A DNA stretch of 23,171 nt, taken from assembly GCF_006345805.1 (NCBI RefSeq), contig NW_021824595.1, positions 1-23,171 on the forward strand. The letters run 5' to 3'. Positions 1 through 10,455 of this stretch are shown piece by piece; position 1 is the stretch's first letter; each line of letters starts with the position of its first letter. The translations under genes and the position numbers were made by a program. The stretch is from Octopus sinensis. Lineage: Eukaryota. The notes beneath the pieces were generated by a model. The model saw only the letters and a list, made by a program, of their open reading frames with translations, searched no databases and was not told where the DNA came from.

Positions 1-472
1 AGAGAGAAAGGAAGAAATGACGAGAGAGAGGGAGAGAGAGAGTGTGTGAAAGAAAGAGACGGAGAAAGAAATAAAGAGAGAGACGAGAGAGAAAGAAATA
101 AAGAGAAAGAGAGAAAGAAATAAAGAGAGAGAGAGAGAGAAAGAAATAAAGAGAGAGAAAGAAAGAAATAAAGAGAGAGAGAGAGTGAAAGAAAGAGACG
201 GAGAAAGAAAGAAATAAAAAGAAAGAGAGAAAGAAATAAAGAGAGAGAGAGAGGGAAGAGAGAGAGTGAGAGAGAAAGAGAATAGAAGAGAGAGAGAAAG
301 AAATAAAAAGAGAGAGAGAGAGTGAAAGAAAGAGACGGAGAGAGAAAGAAATAAAGAGAGAGAGAAAGAAATAAAGAGACGGAGAGAGAAATAAATAAAG
401 AGAGAGAGAGAAAGAAATAAAGAGAGAGAGAGAGAGAGAGAAAGAAAGAATAAAGAGAACGAGAGAGAGAGG
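1..472. repeat. Polypurine (GA)n / AGAAAGAAATAAAG compound simple repeat
   Basis: Almost only A and G on the + strand, with GAGAAAGAAATAAAGAGA recurring more than ten times among (GA)n runs. Confidence 0.95.
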
Positions 473-569
473 GATGGTGTTAAGAAGAAGGCAAGCGATA
501 CGCAGGCGCGATTGAAGTAAGCCAAAGGAAGGCGGAGGAGGTCAGTGACTCAGGGCTTTATTTTCCCAG

Positions 570-692
570 AATTTCTCAACAATCAGTATTTCCCAGAATC
601 TGCATTCGATGTCATGTGCAGCAGCAGCGGCGGCGCTTGCATCATTGCTGCACCTATTTTTCAAAATAAGTGTTATATATATCGGACAGGAG
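570..692 (+). CDS. Candidate internal coding exon of an unidentified host gene (phase 1-1, 123 nt)
   Basis: Acceptor ctttattttcccAG ends at 569; donor GAG|GTGAGG with GT at 693-694. The frame is open throughout: (E)FLNNQYFPESAFDVMCSSSGGACIIAAPIFQNKCYIYRTG. GC-richer than the flanks. Protein family not securely recognised. Confidence 0.45.
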
Positions 693-774
693 GTGAGGCT
701 TGGTTTGATGCATCTTAGCTACGTGCTACGTGCTGTAAATGTGCACCCGTTGCATGTGTATGTATGCGTGCGCG

Positions 775-775
775 T

Positions 776-810
<35 letters not shown>

Positions 811-938
811 TTGTGTGTATGTTTTGTTATTTGTGTCAGTCATTTGCCCTATGGCCATGCTGGAGCACCGCCTTGATCATATATATATATATATATATAT
901 ATGTTTGTGTGTTGTGTTGTGGTGCGGTTTGTGACTGG

Positions 939-975
<37 letters not shown>

Positions 976-993
976 TATACACATATATATATA

Positions 994-1047
<54 letters not shown>

Positions 1048-1103
1048 GACAGAGAGAGAGAGACCAAAGTGTACGTACGCCGGCATATATACATAAATAC
1101 ATG

Positions 1104-1154
<51 letters not shown>

Positions 1155-1217
1155 TTGTGTGTGAATAGATGTGTATACGTACAGCCGCCCTAATACATAT
1201 GTGTATCTATTATATGT

Positions 1218-1257
<40 letters not shown>

Positions 1258-1450
1258 CATATATATATATATACATATATATATACATACATATGCATAC
1301 ATGTAAGTATACAAATACACACGTATTTGTATTGTATTGATGATTTCTCGAGTTGCGGGTGCGGTTACAAATGTTACAATTAAGACGACGATACATACCT
1401 ACTTAATCATACACCACACTTACACACACACACACACACACTCACACACA

Positions 1451-1481
<31 letters not shown>

Positions 1482-1681
1482 CATAACACACCACACACAA
1501 TATGCATTACGAATATACATATTATTATATAATATATAATATATATTATATAATATAAATATATATATATATATAGACATATATACATATATATATATAT
1601 ATAACATATATATATATATACATATATATATATAAATATATTATACATATATATACACATATACATATATACATATATATA

Positions 1682-1729
<48 letters not shown>

Positions 1730-1730
1730 A
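775..1730. repeat. Compound (TA)n/(TG)n/(CA)n microsatellite field
   Basis: Read directly; it accounts for the [12 protein letters not shown] 'ORFs'. Confidence 0.95.
828..874 (-). mobile_element. 3' tail fragment of SINE family A
   Basis: tcagtcatttg..tggccatgctggagcaccgcctt is the reverse complement of the family A tail at 2467-2505 and 21630-21668. Confidence 0.7.
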
Positions 1731-1985
1731 CGAAATTGTATGTATATGAATGAGAGCGTGTAAAGCGGTTTACATTTGTCAACATGGGTAAGGGTGTGTG
1801 GGGAGCGGATGTTAAGTGTTGCTTTCAAGACATATGAACATAAATTCAAGTGGTGTGGGTTCGATTTCCTATAGGATCACGTTTTTTCTTTCTTTTATTT
1901 ACTTTTCGCATAAGTATCGGCACAAAATCAATGTTAAAGAAGTTATATGTATGTATATAGTTATATATGTATATAGTTATATATA

Positions 1986-2161
1986 GGCGCAGGAGTGGCT
2001 GTGTGGTAAGTAGCTTGCTAACCAACCACATGGTTCCGGGTTCAGTCCCACTGCGTGGCACCTTGGGCAAGTGTCTTCTGCTATAGCCCCGGGCCGACCA
2101 ATGCCTTGTGAGTGGATTTGGTAGACGGAAACTGAAAGAAGCCTGTCGTATATATGAATAT

Positions 2162-2218
<57 letters not shown>

Positions 2219-2540
2219 ATGGTTTGTGGTCTGTGTTTGTCCCCCTAGCATTGCTTGACAACCAATGCTGGTGTGTTTACGTCCCCGTCACTTAGCGTTT
2301 CGGCAAAAGACACCAATAGAATAAGTATTGGGCTTACAAAGAATAAGTCCCGGAGTCGATTTGCTCGACTAAAAGGCGTCACTTAGCGGTTCGGCAAAAG
2401 AGACTGATAGAATAAGTACTGGGCTTAGAAAAAGAATAAGTCCCGGGGTCGATTTGCTCGACTAAAAGGCGGTGCTCCAACATGGCCGCAGTCAAATGAC
2501 TGAAACGAGTAAAAGAGTAAAAGAGTAAAGAGTAAAGAGA
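1986..2540 (+). mobile_element. tRNA-derived SINE family A, full length, with internal microsatellite and a 91-bp tandem duplication
   Basis: A-box-like TGGCTGTGTGG, B-box-like GGTTCAGTCC, internal (TA)n(TG)n, tail GGTGCTCCAACATGGCCGCAGTCAAATGACTGAAAC then (GAGTAAAA)n. At least six homologous copies in the window. Confidence 0.9.
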
Positions 2541-2758
2541 GATGTATGTAAACAATATGTGTGTATGTTAAGTCTGTGTGTGTGTGTGTGTGCGCGCGCG
2601 CACATTTGCAGTTGCGAATGACAACGAAAGAAAAAAAAAATGGGAAACAGCTGAGTGTTAAATCATGTTACACGATCGATTAGATGGACAGATATTTAAC
2701 CAACTCATCAATAAATAAAGTAGGTGTAGAACTGAACCAGTACGTGTGTTAATAATAT

Positions 2759-3349
2759 TTATTTCTTTATTGCCCGCATAGACTGGACAGACAAGGACAG
2801 ACAAACGGATTAAGTCGATAACATCGACCCCATTCCGTAACTGGTACTTAATTTATCGACTCCGAAAGGATGAAAGGCAAAGTCGACCTCAGCGGAATTT
2901 GAACTCAGAATATAAAGACAGACGAAATACCTATTTCTTTACTACCCACAAGGGGCTAAACACAGAGAGGACAAACAAGGACATACAAACGGATTAGGTC
3001 GATTATATCGACCTCAGTGCGTAACTGGTACTTATTTAATCGACCCGAAAGGATGAAAGGCAAAGTTGACCTCAGCGGAATTTGAACTCAGAACGTGACG
3101 GCAGACGAAATACCTATTTCTTTTCTACCCACAAGGGGCTAAACACAGAGGACAAACAAGGACAGACAAATGGATTAAGACAAATGGATATAATCGACCC
3201 CAGTGCGTAACTGGTACTTATTCAATCGAGCCCGAAAGGATGAAAGGCAAAGTCGACCTCGGCGGAATTTGAACTCAGAATGTAACGGCAGACGAAATAC
3301 GGCTACGCATTTCGCCCGGCGTGCTAACGTTTCTGCCAGCTCGCCGCCC
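2759..3349 (-). mobile_element. tRNA-derived SINE family B with its body/tail amplified three times in tandem
   Basis: One head (3301-3349) and three ~170-187 bp units (3114-3300, 2931-3113, 2759-2930), each with CGAAAGGATGAAAGGCAAAGT.GACCTC.GCGGAATTTGAACTCAGAA. Homologous to 5781-6017 and 18336-18556. Confidence 0.9.
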
Positions 3350-3699
3350 CTGTATGTTAATTATATATTGGCATAATGACCCACCCTAGACACAGCAAAA
3401 ATTGTTTCAGTACACGAATTCACGTAAAGAATCTTGGAAACTAGGTTCAGCCCTCCCCCCCAAAAAACGACGTATAATGATCTAGATATATTTCGAATGC
3501 AAGGTGTGTCCTTTCGAAAGATATCTGCTTAGTCCAGTGTTCAAATCCGTACCCAGATGTTATATTTGTGTGAGGTATCTATGGGAAAGAAATATTTTCA
3601 GCCGAGTAATGATTTAGAAACAGGAAACTGGAAAAAAAAATTTGGTATTATTATCCACCATTACTCGTGTTCCATTTTGTAATAGGCGTTACAAAAATT

Positions 3700-3953
3700 G
3701 TACATGTAGGAAACAAGTAAGTGAAATTAACGTGCAAGTGGCTGAGCACTCCACAGATACATGTACCCTCAACAGAGTGTGACAAAAAAAGAGTGAGAGG
3801 AAGTTGTAGTGAAAGAGTACAGCAGGGTTCTCCACCAACCCCTGCCGGATCCACGTGGAGCTTTAAGTGTTTTCGCTGAATAAACACTCAGAACGCCCGG
3901 TCTGGGAATCGAAAACGCGAGTCCGCTGCCCTAATCACTGAGCCATTGCGCCT
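3700..3953 (-). mobile_element. tRNA-derived SINE family C (degenerate)
   Basis: Reverse complement reads AGGCGCAATGGCTCAGTGATTAGGGCAGCGGACTCGCG..TTCGATTCCCAGACCGGGCGTT, matching the copy at 14318-14594. Confidence 0.8.
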
Positions 3954-3974
3954 TCACACATACACACACCCACA

Positions 3975-4258
3975 TTCTTTTACTTGTTTCAGTCATTTGA
4001 CTGAGGCCATGATGGAGCACCGCCTTTAGTCGAACAAATCGACACCCAGGACTTATTCTGTGTAAGCCTAGTACTTATTCTATCGGTGTCTTTTGCCGAA
4101 CCGATAAGTTACAGGGACGTAAACACACCAGCACCGGTTGTCAAGCGGTGGTGGAGAGACGAATACAGACACAAACACATAGATACATGTATAAATATGT
4201 GGGACCGAACCCCGAACGATGTGGTTGGTAAGCAAGCTACTAACCACAAAGTCACGCC
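3975..4258 (-). mobile_element. SINE family A, internally deleted
   Basis: Reverse complement of the family A tail and body, joined directly to the head segment (gtggttggtaagcaagctac). Confidence 0.85.
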
Positions 4259-4468
4259 AACATATATATTCGACAATATTATCTTGCTTGGAAAGAGATG
4301 AGCATCCGTCCATGGAATATCCCTCAAGGCAAGCGCGGAAAACATGGTCGTTAAAATGATGATGTGGCTAAGGATACATACATACATACATTCATGCATA
4401 TATACGCATGTATATACGTACATACATACGTATGTACGTGCGTTTTGACATACGTTTGTACGTACATA

Positions 4469-4915
4469 CAGCGCTGGATTAACCATCAAGCAAAATAAGA
4501 ACGTGCTTAGGGCACCAAGTGTGGTGGTGGTGGTGGTGGGGGGGGGGGCATCACAGAAATTGTAAATGGTTGACGGCACAAAAGAAATCGCTTTAAACTT
4601 GCTAAAATAATATTCGGGATGCCTTTGTCTCTACTAAGTATAGATGCAGATGTGTTACCTAAGATTAATTTTGAGGATCTGATTCAAAGACTTTGCAATT
4701 CAGAAAAGTAGGAGGAAACTTTTCAAATCTGAATAAAGGAGAAGGAGACAAAAATAAACATTATTTCCTCCTCTTACTGTTTTGTTTCGTTTTGAAAAAT
4801 AAAAATTTATTTTATGGTTTGTTATTTTTTTTGTATTTTGAATTACATAATCTTATATGGAGGCACCAAAATCTTTTAAGTGCTTAGAGCCTCGATGGGT
4901 CTTAATCCGGCCCTG
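4469..4915. mobile_element. hAT-type MITE
   Basis: TIRs CAGCGCTGGATTAA (4469-4482) and TTAATCCGGCCCTG (4902-4915) match 12/14. The 8-bp flanks CGTACATA (4461-4468) and CGTACACA (4916-4923) match 7/8, as expected of a hAT target-site duplication. Confidence 0.75.
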
Positions 4916-4960
4916 CGTACACACACACACACATATATATATTTCCTAACTTATTAATTA

Positions 4961-5032
4961 TCGAATTATTGTGCTGATGACAGGAGTGAATTTGTATAAT
5001 TCTAACCCAGAAACGCGTCCACAATTAATCGA
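4961..5032 (+). ncRNA. Type I hammerhead-like ribozyme with palindromic stem III
   Basis: Stem I TCGAATTATTGTG / CACAATTAATCGA pairs 11/13; CTGATGA 4974-4980; GAAA 5010-5013; ACGCGT palindrome; GTC triplet 5017-5019. The base of stem II is non-canonical (C.A). Confidence 0.65.
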
Positions 5033-5210
5033 AGACTGTTTGATTTCGTTATTCTTCTTCTTTTGCCTATGTGAGTTACAAGTATTGTTATCTGTAGAGT
5101 AATATCTGTAGTTAAAAGGAATAAGCTGTCTTTGGCTGCTATTTCAAAATTTTCGGTATATGGTTAAGCAACTTGTTGCAACTTGTTGCTTAACCCTTAA
5201 CCCTTAACCC

Positions 5211-5215
<5 letters not shown>

Positions 5216-5298
<83 letters not shown>
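5216..5298. repeat. Long perfect (TA)n tract
   Basis: Read directly. Confidence 0.95.
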
Positions 5299-5299
<1 letters not shown>

Positions 5300-5303
<4 letters not shown>

Positions 5304-5463
5304 TAATCCAAACAAGAAAACAAAAAGACACAACGCAAGGATGTGGAACAAATAAGTATTATTGGACGCTCAGGAAAGAAGGGAAGAAGGAGGGTTTGAC
5401 GTTTCGAGCGGAGCTCTTCGTCAGAAACATAGGAGAAGGAAAGATCCCGAGACGGGAGGACAA
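5300..5463 (-). mobile_element. Probable PLE terminal fragment inserted next to (TA)n
   Basis: Abuts the (TA)n tract and contains a minimal HHR of the type found in PLE pseudo-LTRs. Confidence 0.6.
5394..5428 (-). ncRNA. Minimal type I hammerhead ribozyme (dimer-dependent type)
   Basis: The - strand reads GTTT CTGACGA A GAG CTCCG CTC GAAA CGTC AAAC: stem I GTTT/AAAC, core, 3-bp stem II, loop-less ACGT stem III, GTC triplet. Confidence 0.8.
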
Positions 5464-5593
5464 GCATACATACATACAAACATACATACATACATATCGT
5501 CATCATCATCATCAGCATCATCAATATTTAACGTCCACCTTACGTGCCGGCATGAGCTGGACGGTTTGACGGGATCTTATGTTCATCTCTAAG

Positions 5594-5723
5594 CACTAAC
5601 GTAGTTAGGGTGTGTGCCACCCGGGGAGACCCTTCCATTTGCCGACCCCGGACCCCACAAAAAACACATATTGTCTACAGCAGACTCAAAAGTGTCCCCA
5701 CCCCCACCCTAGCTACGCAAGTG
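5594..5723. mobile_element. Possible short MITE
   Basis: Inverted ends CACTAACGTAGTTAGGGTG and CACCCTAGCTACGCAAGTG match 16/19. No TSD recognised. Confidence 0.35.
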
Positions 5724-5780
5724 GGCCGAAGATTATGTTAATCTCTGCCATGTGTTTAGGCATGGTATCTACAGCTAGAT

Positions 5781-6017
5781 AAGGCGGCAAGCTGGCAGAA
5801 CCGTTGGCACGCCGGGCGAAAAGCTTTGTGGTATTTCGTCTGCCGTTACGTTCTGAGTTCAAATTCCGCTGAGGTCAACTTTGCCTTTCATCCTTTCGGA
5901 GTCGATTAAATAAGTACCAGTTACACACAGGGTCGATATAATCGACTTAATCAGTTTGTCTGTCCTTGTTTGTCCCCTCTGTGTTTAGCTCCTTGTGGGT
6001 AGTAAAGAAATAGGTAT
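5781..6017 (+). mobile_element. tRNA-derived SINE family B, full length
   Basis: AAGGCGGCAAGCTGGCAGAA head, GAGTTCAAATTCC B box, GCCTTTCATCCTTTCGGAGTCGAT central domain, AAAGAAATAGG tail. Confidence 0.9.
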
Positions 6018-6317
6018 CTACGGCTGGATGCCCCTTCCTTTCGCCAACCACTACACAGAGTACCACTGGCTGTTTTTCATGTGGTACCAGTCATATGACT
6101 TGAGTAAGAAGATAAAAAAATCAATTTACGATGAATCCATGTTCAAAGTAAGACAAACAGAAAGACGAGTTGAAAGAATAACAAGCAGGAACGATTATAA
6201 AATTTTTTTTTTAATCTCACAACGTGAGATATTCAGCAACAGTACTTTGTAGTAAAGATTGTTTGCCAACATAACATGGCAGTCCTGGTTTAGGACTAAT
6301 GTTGCTGTAATTGGATC

Positions 6318-6416
<99 letters not shown>

Positions 6417-6425
6417 TACATATAC

Positions 6426-6613
6426 AGGTGGCACGTAAAAAGCACCCACTACACTCTTGGAGTGGTTGGCGTTAGGAAGGGCATCCAGCTGAAGAAACTC
6501 TGCCAGATCAAGACTGGAGCCTGGTGCAGCCATCTGGTTCGCCAGCCCTCAGTCAAAACCGTCCAACCCATGCCAGCATGGAAAACGGACGTTAAATGAT
6601 GATGATGATGATG
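6426..6613 (+). mobile_element. 3' part of a SINE/RTE-related repeat with (GAT)n tail (family D)
   Basis: GGTGGCACGTAAAAAGCACC..GTTAGGAAGGGCATCCAGC..CATGCCAGCATGGAAAACGGACGTTAAA(TGA)n. Related pieces at ~4285-4365, 5498-5570 (-), 6020-6082 (-), 19893-20062 and 20427-20640. Confidence 0.7.
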
Positions 6614-6658
6614 ATATACACACACACACATATGCATTATATATGTCTATATACATAC

Positions 6659-6689
<31 letters not shown>

Positions 6690-6763
6690 TATATATATTA
6701 TATATATAATATATATATATATATATATTCATATATCATTTATATATATATATATATATATAC

Positions 6764-6995
6764 GCGAGAAAGAAGCAACAAGAATGGATAGGTTTTTAGT
6801 ACAATCGTTTCATACAAGGACAAATTACAGCATATAAACGTGTCCCGTACTCATCAGCTAAAATACATGTGAGTTCTCTAGACATCCTAGTGGTTGAGGC
6901 TATACTCATGAAGTAATGTAGATAATTAAGTAACATAAACAGATTTCCAAAGTTCATTAAAGATGATGTACAGTCTTATCACAGAATTTAAAAAT
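6764..6995 (-). repeat. Left inverted pseudo-LTR arm
   Basis: Reverse complement of 10752-11013. I found no substitutions over ~225 bp by eye; it lacks a 21-nt and a 10-nt segment present in the right arm. Confidence 0.95.
6794..6863 (-). ncRNA. Type I hammerhead ribozyme (left pseudo-LTR, antisense to the ORF)
   Basis: The - strand reads TTTTAG CTGATGA GTACGGGACA [18-nt loop] TGTCCTTGTAT GAAA C GATT GTA CTAAAA. Predicted cut between 6800 and 6799. Confidence 0.85.
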
Positions 6996-7009
6996 TTTAA
7001 GAATTTTAA

Positions 7010-9435
7010 ATTTATAGCAAATTAATTAGGAAGGAACTAAACTCCAAATATAAAATTACGACTAAGAACAACTTGAAAAAAGTAAACATGGAAATGAAAG
7101 AGATCATGGAGAAACTAAATTTAACGGATAGAACGGAGCCACTTAAACCGTGTGAGCCCAGGATCAACCTTAAAGACCACAAAAAGAACTTCTTGGAAAA
7201 CCCTTCGGTAAGGCTGATCTGTCCAACTAAGTCGGACATTGGCCGACTTAGTAAATCTATCCTGGATAGTGTTCTACCCCAAATAACCCCTCTTCTCCCC
7301 TTAAACCTATGGCTAAGTACGGATGAAGTTCTAAAATGGTTTAACTCTCTAATACTGTAGTGTCTGTCCTTTATTCAGTTCGATATTAATAGTTATTACT
7401 CAAGTATTTCCCCTATCTTACTCAACAAATCACTAATATTTGCCATGAATCGCTCCCCCATATCTAGAGAAGAAATCAATATTGTGCTACTGGCTAGGAA
7501 GACATTTATAGAATTTGAAGATAAATTATGGACTAGAGCAGATACACCTAATTTTTTTGATATACCAATGGGTTCCAGTGATTCGGCTGAGGTAACCAAC
7601 CTAGTGGGCGCATATCTATTAAAATGCATAAGCAAGGATATACCAAAATACAGGGGGGTCTATATAGGGATGATGCTCTTGTTTGTTATCCCTAGTAATA
7701 ATAAATCTGTTATAGAAAGGATTAGAAAGAAAATTAATAAGTTCTTAAGGATTCAACAACCTCGGTATAACGTATGAACCGGGCACTAAAATAGTTAACT
7801 TCCTAGATATTACGCTAGACCTTAACTCCAAGCTACATTACCCATTTAGAAAGGAAGGCGAAATCACGATTACGTAAATAAATTATCAAATCATCCCCCA
7901 ATATAATCTTTAGTAAGAAATATTTCATTAAGAATTTCAAAATTATCATCCAATAAGGATATATTTAACTCCCATTCTGAGCATTATAATGAGGCGTTAA
8001 CTAAGGCTGGATACAACCAAAAGATTACATTCGTTGATAAGGGGAACTCACGTATTCCTAATAATGAAGTTATCAGTAATCACATAAGCAGCAATACAGA
8101 CCAAGCCCGAAATAAAAGTAGAATTAAATTAATGGTAAACGCTAATCTAGCGTACAGGCCCAACAATTCAAATAGAAGCATTGACCAGAACATAGGTAAC
8201 TCGGATAATATTGAAGTAGATAAACCTAAGATGCACACAAATAAAAATAAAAATAATGGTAATAAATACAATAACTCCGGTGAGATGAATAGTAGTAATT
8301 CTACGAACCCTAAATTTAATAAAAAAGATATATTATGGCTGAATATCCCTTTCAACTGTGCGATACAATCGGATATACAGAACAATTCAAAGTAATTCTG
8401 GAAAAAAATTTCCCTATCTCTCATAGATATCATAGAATTATATCTAGGAAAACAGTTAGGATTTCTTATTCAACCCTCCCAAATATGTCCACTTTAATAG
8501 CTAAGATTAATAATAAAAACATTAAACTAGCCAGGAAAGATAGAAATAAAAATAATATATCAGCATGAATACCATAGCAATTATAATAATACTACCAACA
8601 TAAAAAAAAACAATAGTAACTATCAAACATAGGTGAAATTAGTAACCACAGAATGACTAATAACATTAACATTAATAGTAATAATAACAATGCCGATATT
8701 AATAGAAGTAATAATGTTAATAATAGAAATACAGATATAAGGCTAATGGAGAAAATAAGAGAATGAAAATATCAGTGATATTTATAACAGCAATATGCAG
8801 TCGGATAAAAGGACTAACAATAATAGTAACATTACCAATATATAAGAAATCATGGTAGGACTTTAAACCTAAATGATGAAGCTGAAGGATCAATAAATAA
8901 TAGCAATACTTTAGATATCAGCACCAACTATAGAAATGATAATCAAAATAATAGGAACCTAAGAAATCTACCCAAGAATAATCCAAAGCCTGAAGTTGCT
9001 CCTCCTGTGTGTAAGTGTAGAATAAATCAAAATGCCCGGCACCTGGTCTATGTGGGGAAAATAATGTAATCTATAAATGTACCATATCCACGGAGAATAA
9101 CAAATATCTTTACGTTGGATGTACAATTAATTTTCTAGCCAGAGTTAGAAATCACATCTCGTCTTTTAAATTACGTCATAAAGCTGGTACCACCACACTT
9201 TCAAACAAAATTTGGGAACTCAAAAATAATAATAAAAATTATAACCTTAATTGGGAAATAGTTAGGAGAGCAATGCCGTATAAAAATAGTAGGGTTGGTT
9301 GCCAACTATGCTCCATGGAGACGTATGAAATTCTAAAGCATAGAAAACAATAGAAACTTATTGAATAATCATATCGAACTAGGTCAAGTTTGTGTCCACG
9401 CTAAATTGAAGACTTTAAATATTTTAAATGATTAG
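7010..9435 (+). pseudogene. Disrupted PLE polyprotein: reverse transcriptase + GIY-YIG endonuclease
   Basis: RINLKDHK..NPSVRLICPTKSDIG; SFIQFDI (motif A); PMGSSDSAEVTNLVGAYLL (B'); GLYRDD (YRDD at 7663-7674); VNFLDITLDL; ILWLNIPF..HRYHRIISRKTVRISYSTLPN; CKCR..CGENNVIY (9066-9074)..YVG (9111-9119)..RVRNHISSF..TLSNKIWELK..WEIV..CQLC..E; LLN..C.H; stop 9433-9435. At least six stops or frameshifts; the N-terminus is missing. Confidence 0.92.
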
Positions 9436-10164
9436 AATAGCCGTAACTAGATAGATAGATATAACTTGATTTCTACTAGTATAGCACTGCTTTAAGTAGA
9501 TAACTAAGAGTTCTCACACTACAGTTATTTATCTTTTTCCTATATCTGCATCAGTTTTTTGAGAACAGGGAAATGAATAGTACTTATACACTGCTTAATT
9601 GAGGCTTTATTTAATTTCAAACTCATAATTTTTAAATTCTTAATTTTAAATCTTAATTGTAATTTTTATTTTAATTCCTAACTTAATCTAATTTAAGTAG
9701 CATAACTCTAATAAAATAAATGAGATACTATAGCCCCATAATTCTATTTCAAAATTAAATAATATAGGCTACCCCCTCGGTGATAATATGATTATCTTCA
9801 TTATGATAGACAATCCCCTAACACCTTGTAAATGACCTTCTAAGATTTGACCTGTAGTCCGTCAATGTATGAATAATAACGGCAACTCCTTAAGACAATA
9901 AAATGAATAAATTAAATAAGTAAATTTTATTGACTTCTTGATAAGATTATACTTGGATTTTCCTAATGTATTTTCTTTTGATTTTAGCATCTGACCCCTA
10001 AACCCCTGACTGTGTTATCTCTTTAGATTCTCTTTAAATTCATAGCTGATTTCAACAGCAATAAATTAACTGTTTTACTGGCCAAAGAATAATATTCTCC
10101 TCTAGTTCCTAGATGCCTGTAAATTAAAACCAGACTTGCCGTCTACTAATTCGTCTGTATAACT

Positions 10165-10360
10165 AGAACCCTCTTTTTTATTTTTATTTTTTCCCTTCTT
10201 TCACTATTTCTTCCTCTTTTCTCTTTTTTCTGTTTCTTCTTCTTATTCTCTTTTTCCTTTTCTCTTCTCTTTTAGTCCCCTTCCCCCCCCCCTTTTTTTG
10301 CTCCCTCCTCCTTTATTTTCTCTCTTTTCTTCTATTCCCTTCCCTTTCTATTCTTGGCCT
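10165..10360 (+). repeat. Polypyrimidine (T/C) tract in the PLE 3' region
   Basis: About 200 nt almost entirely T and C. Confidence 0.85.
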
Positions 10361-10455
10361 CTCTAGAAAGCCCTTCAGCCTTTAAAAGTTAAATAGCTAC
10401 AGCCTCTTGTAAATAGCAGTAATGTGATTAATGTGGCAAATACCTAATCATATAA

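Noticed and set aside
609-1193. 194-aa ORF and the other [12 protein letters not shown]-rich ORFs
   Set aside because: They are translations of (TA)n, (TG)n and (CA)n microsatellites and SINEs with no domain content.
2759-3300. Regular repeats suggesting a CRISPR array or tRNA cluster
   Set aside because: There are no unique spacers or cas genes, the context is eukaryotic, and the units are SINE bodies; SINE heads have A/B boxes but no full cloverleaf.
7358-8568. In-frame stops in the PLE ORF as possible selenocysteine recoding (as reported for some Naiad PLEs)
   Set aside because: The stop at 7358-7360 is TAG, most disruptions are frameshifts, and the domain order is RT then EN, not the Naiad EN-RT order.
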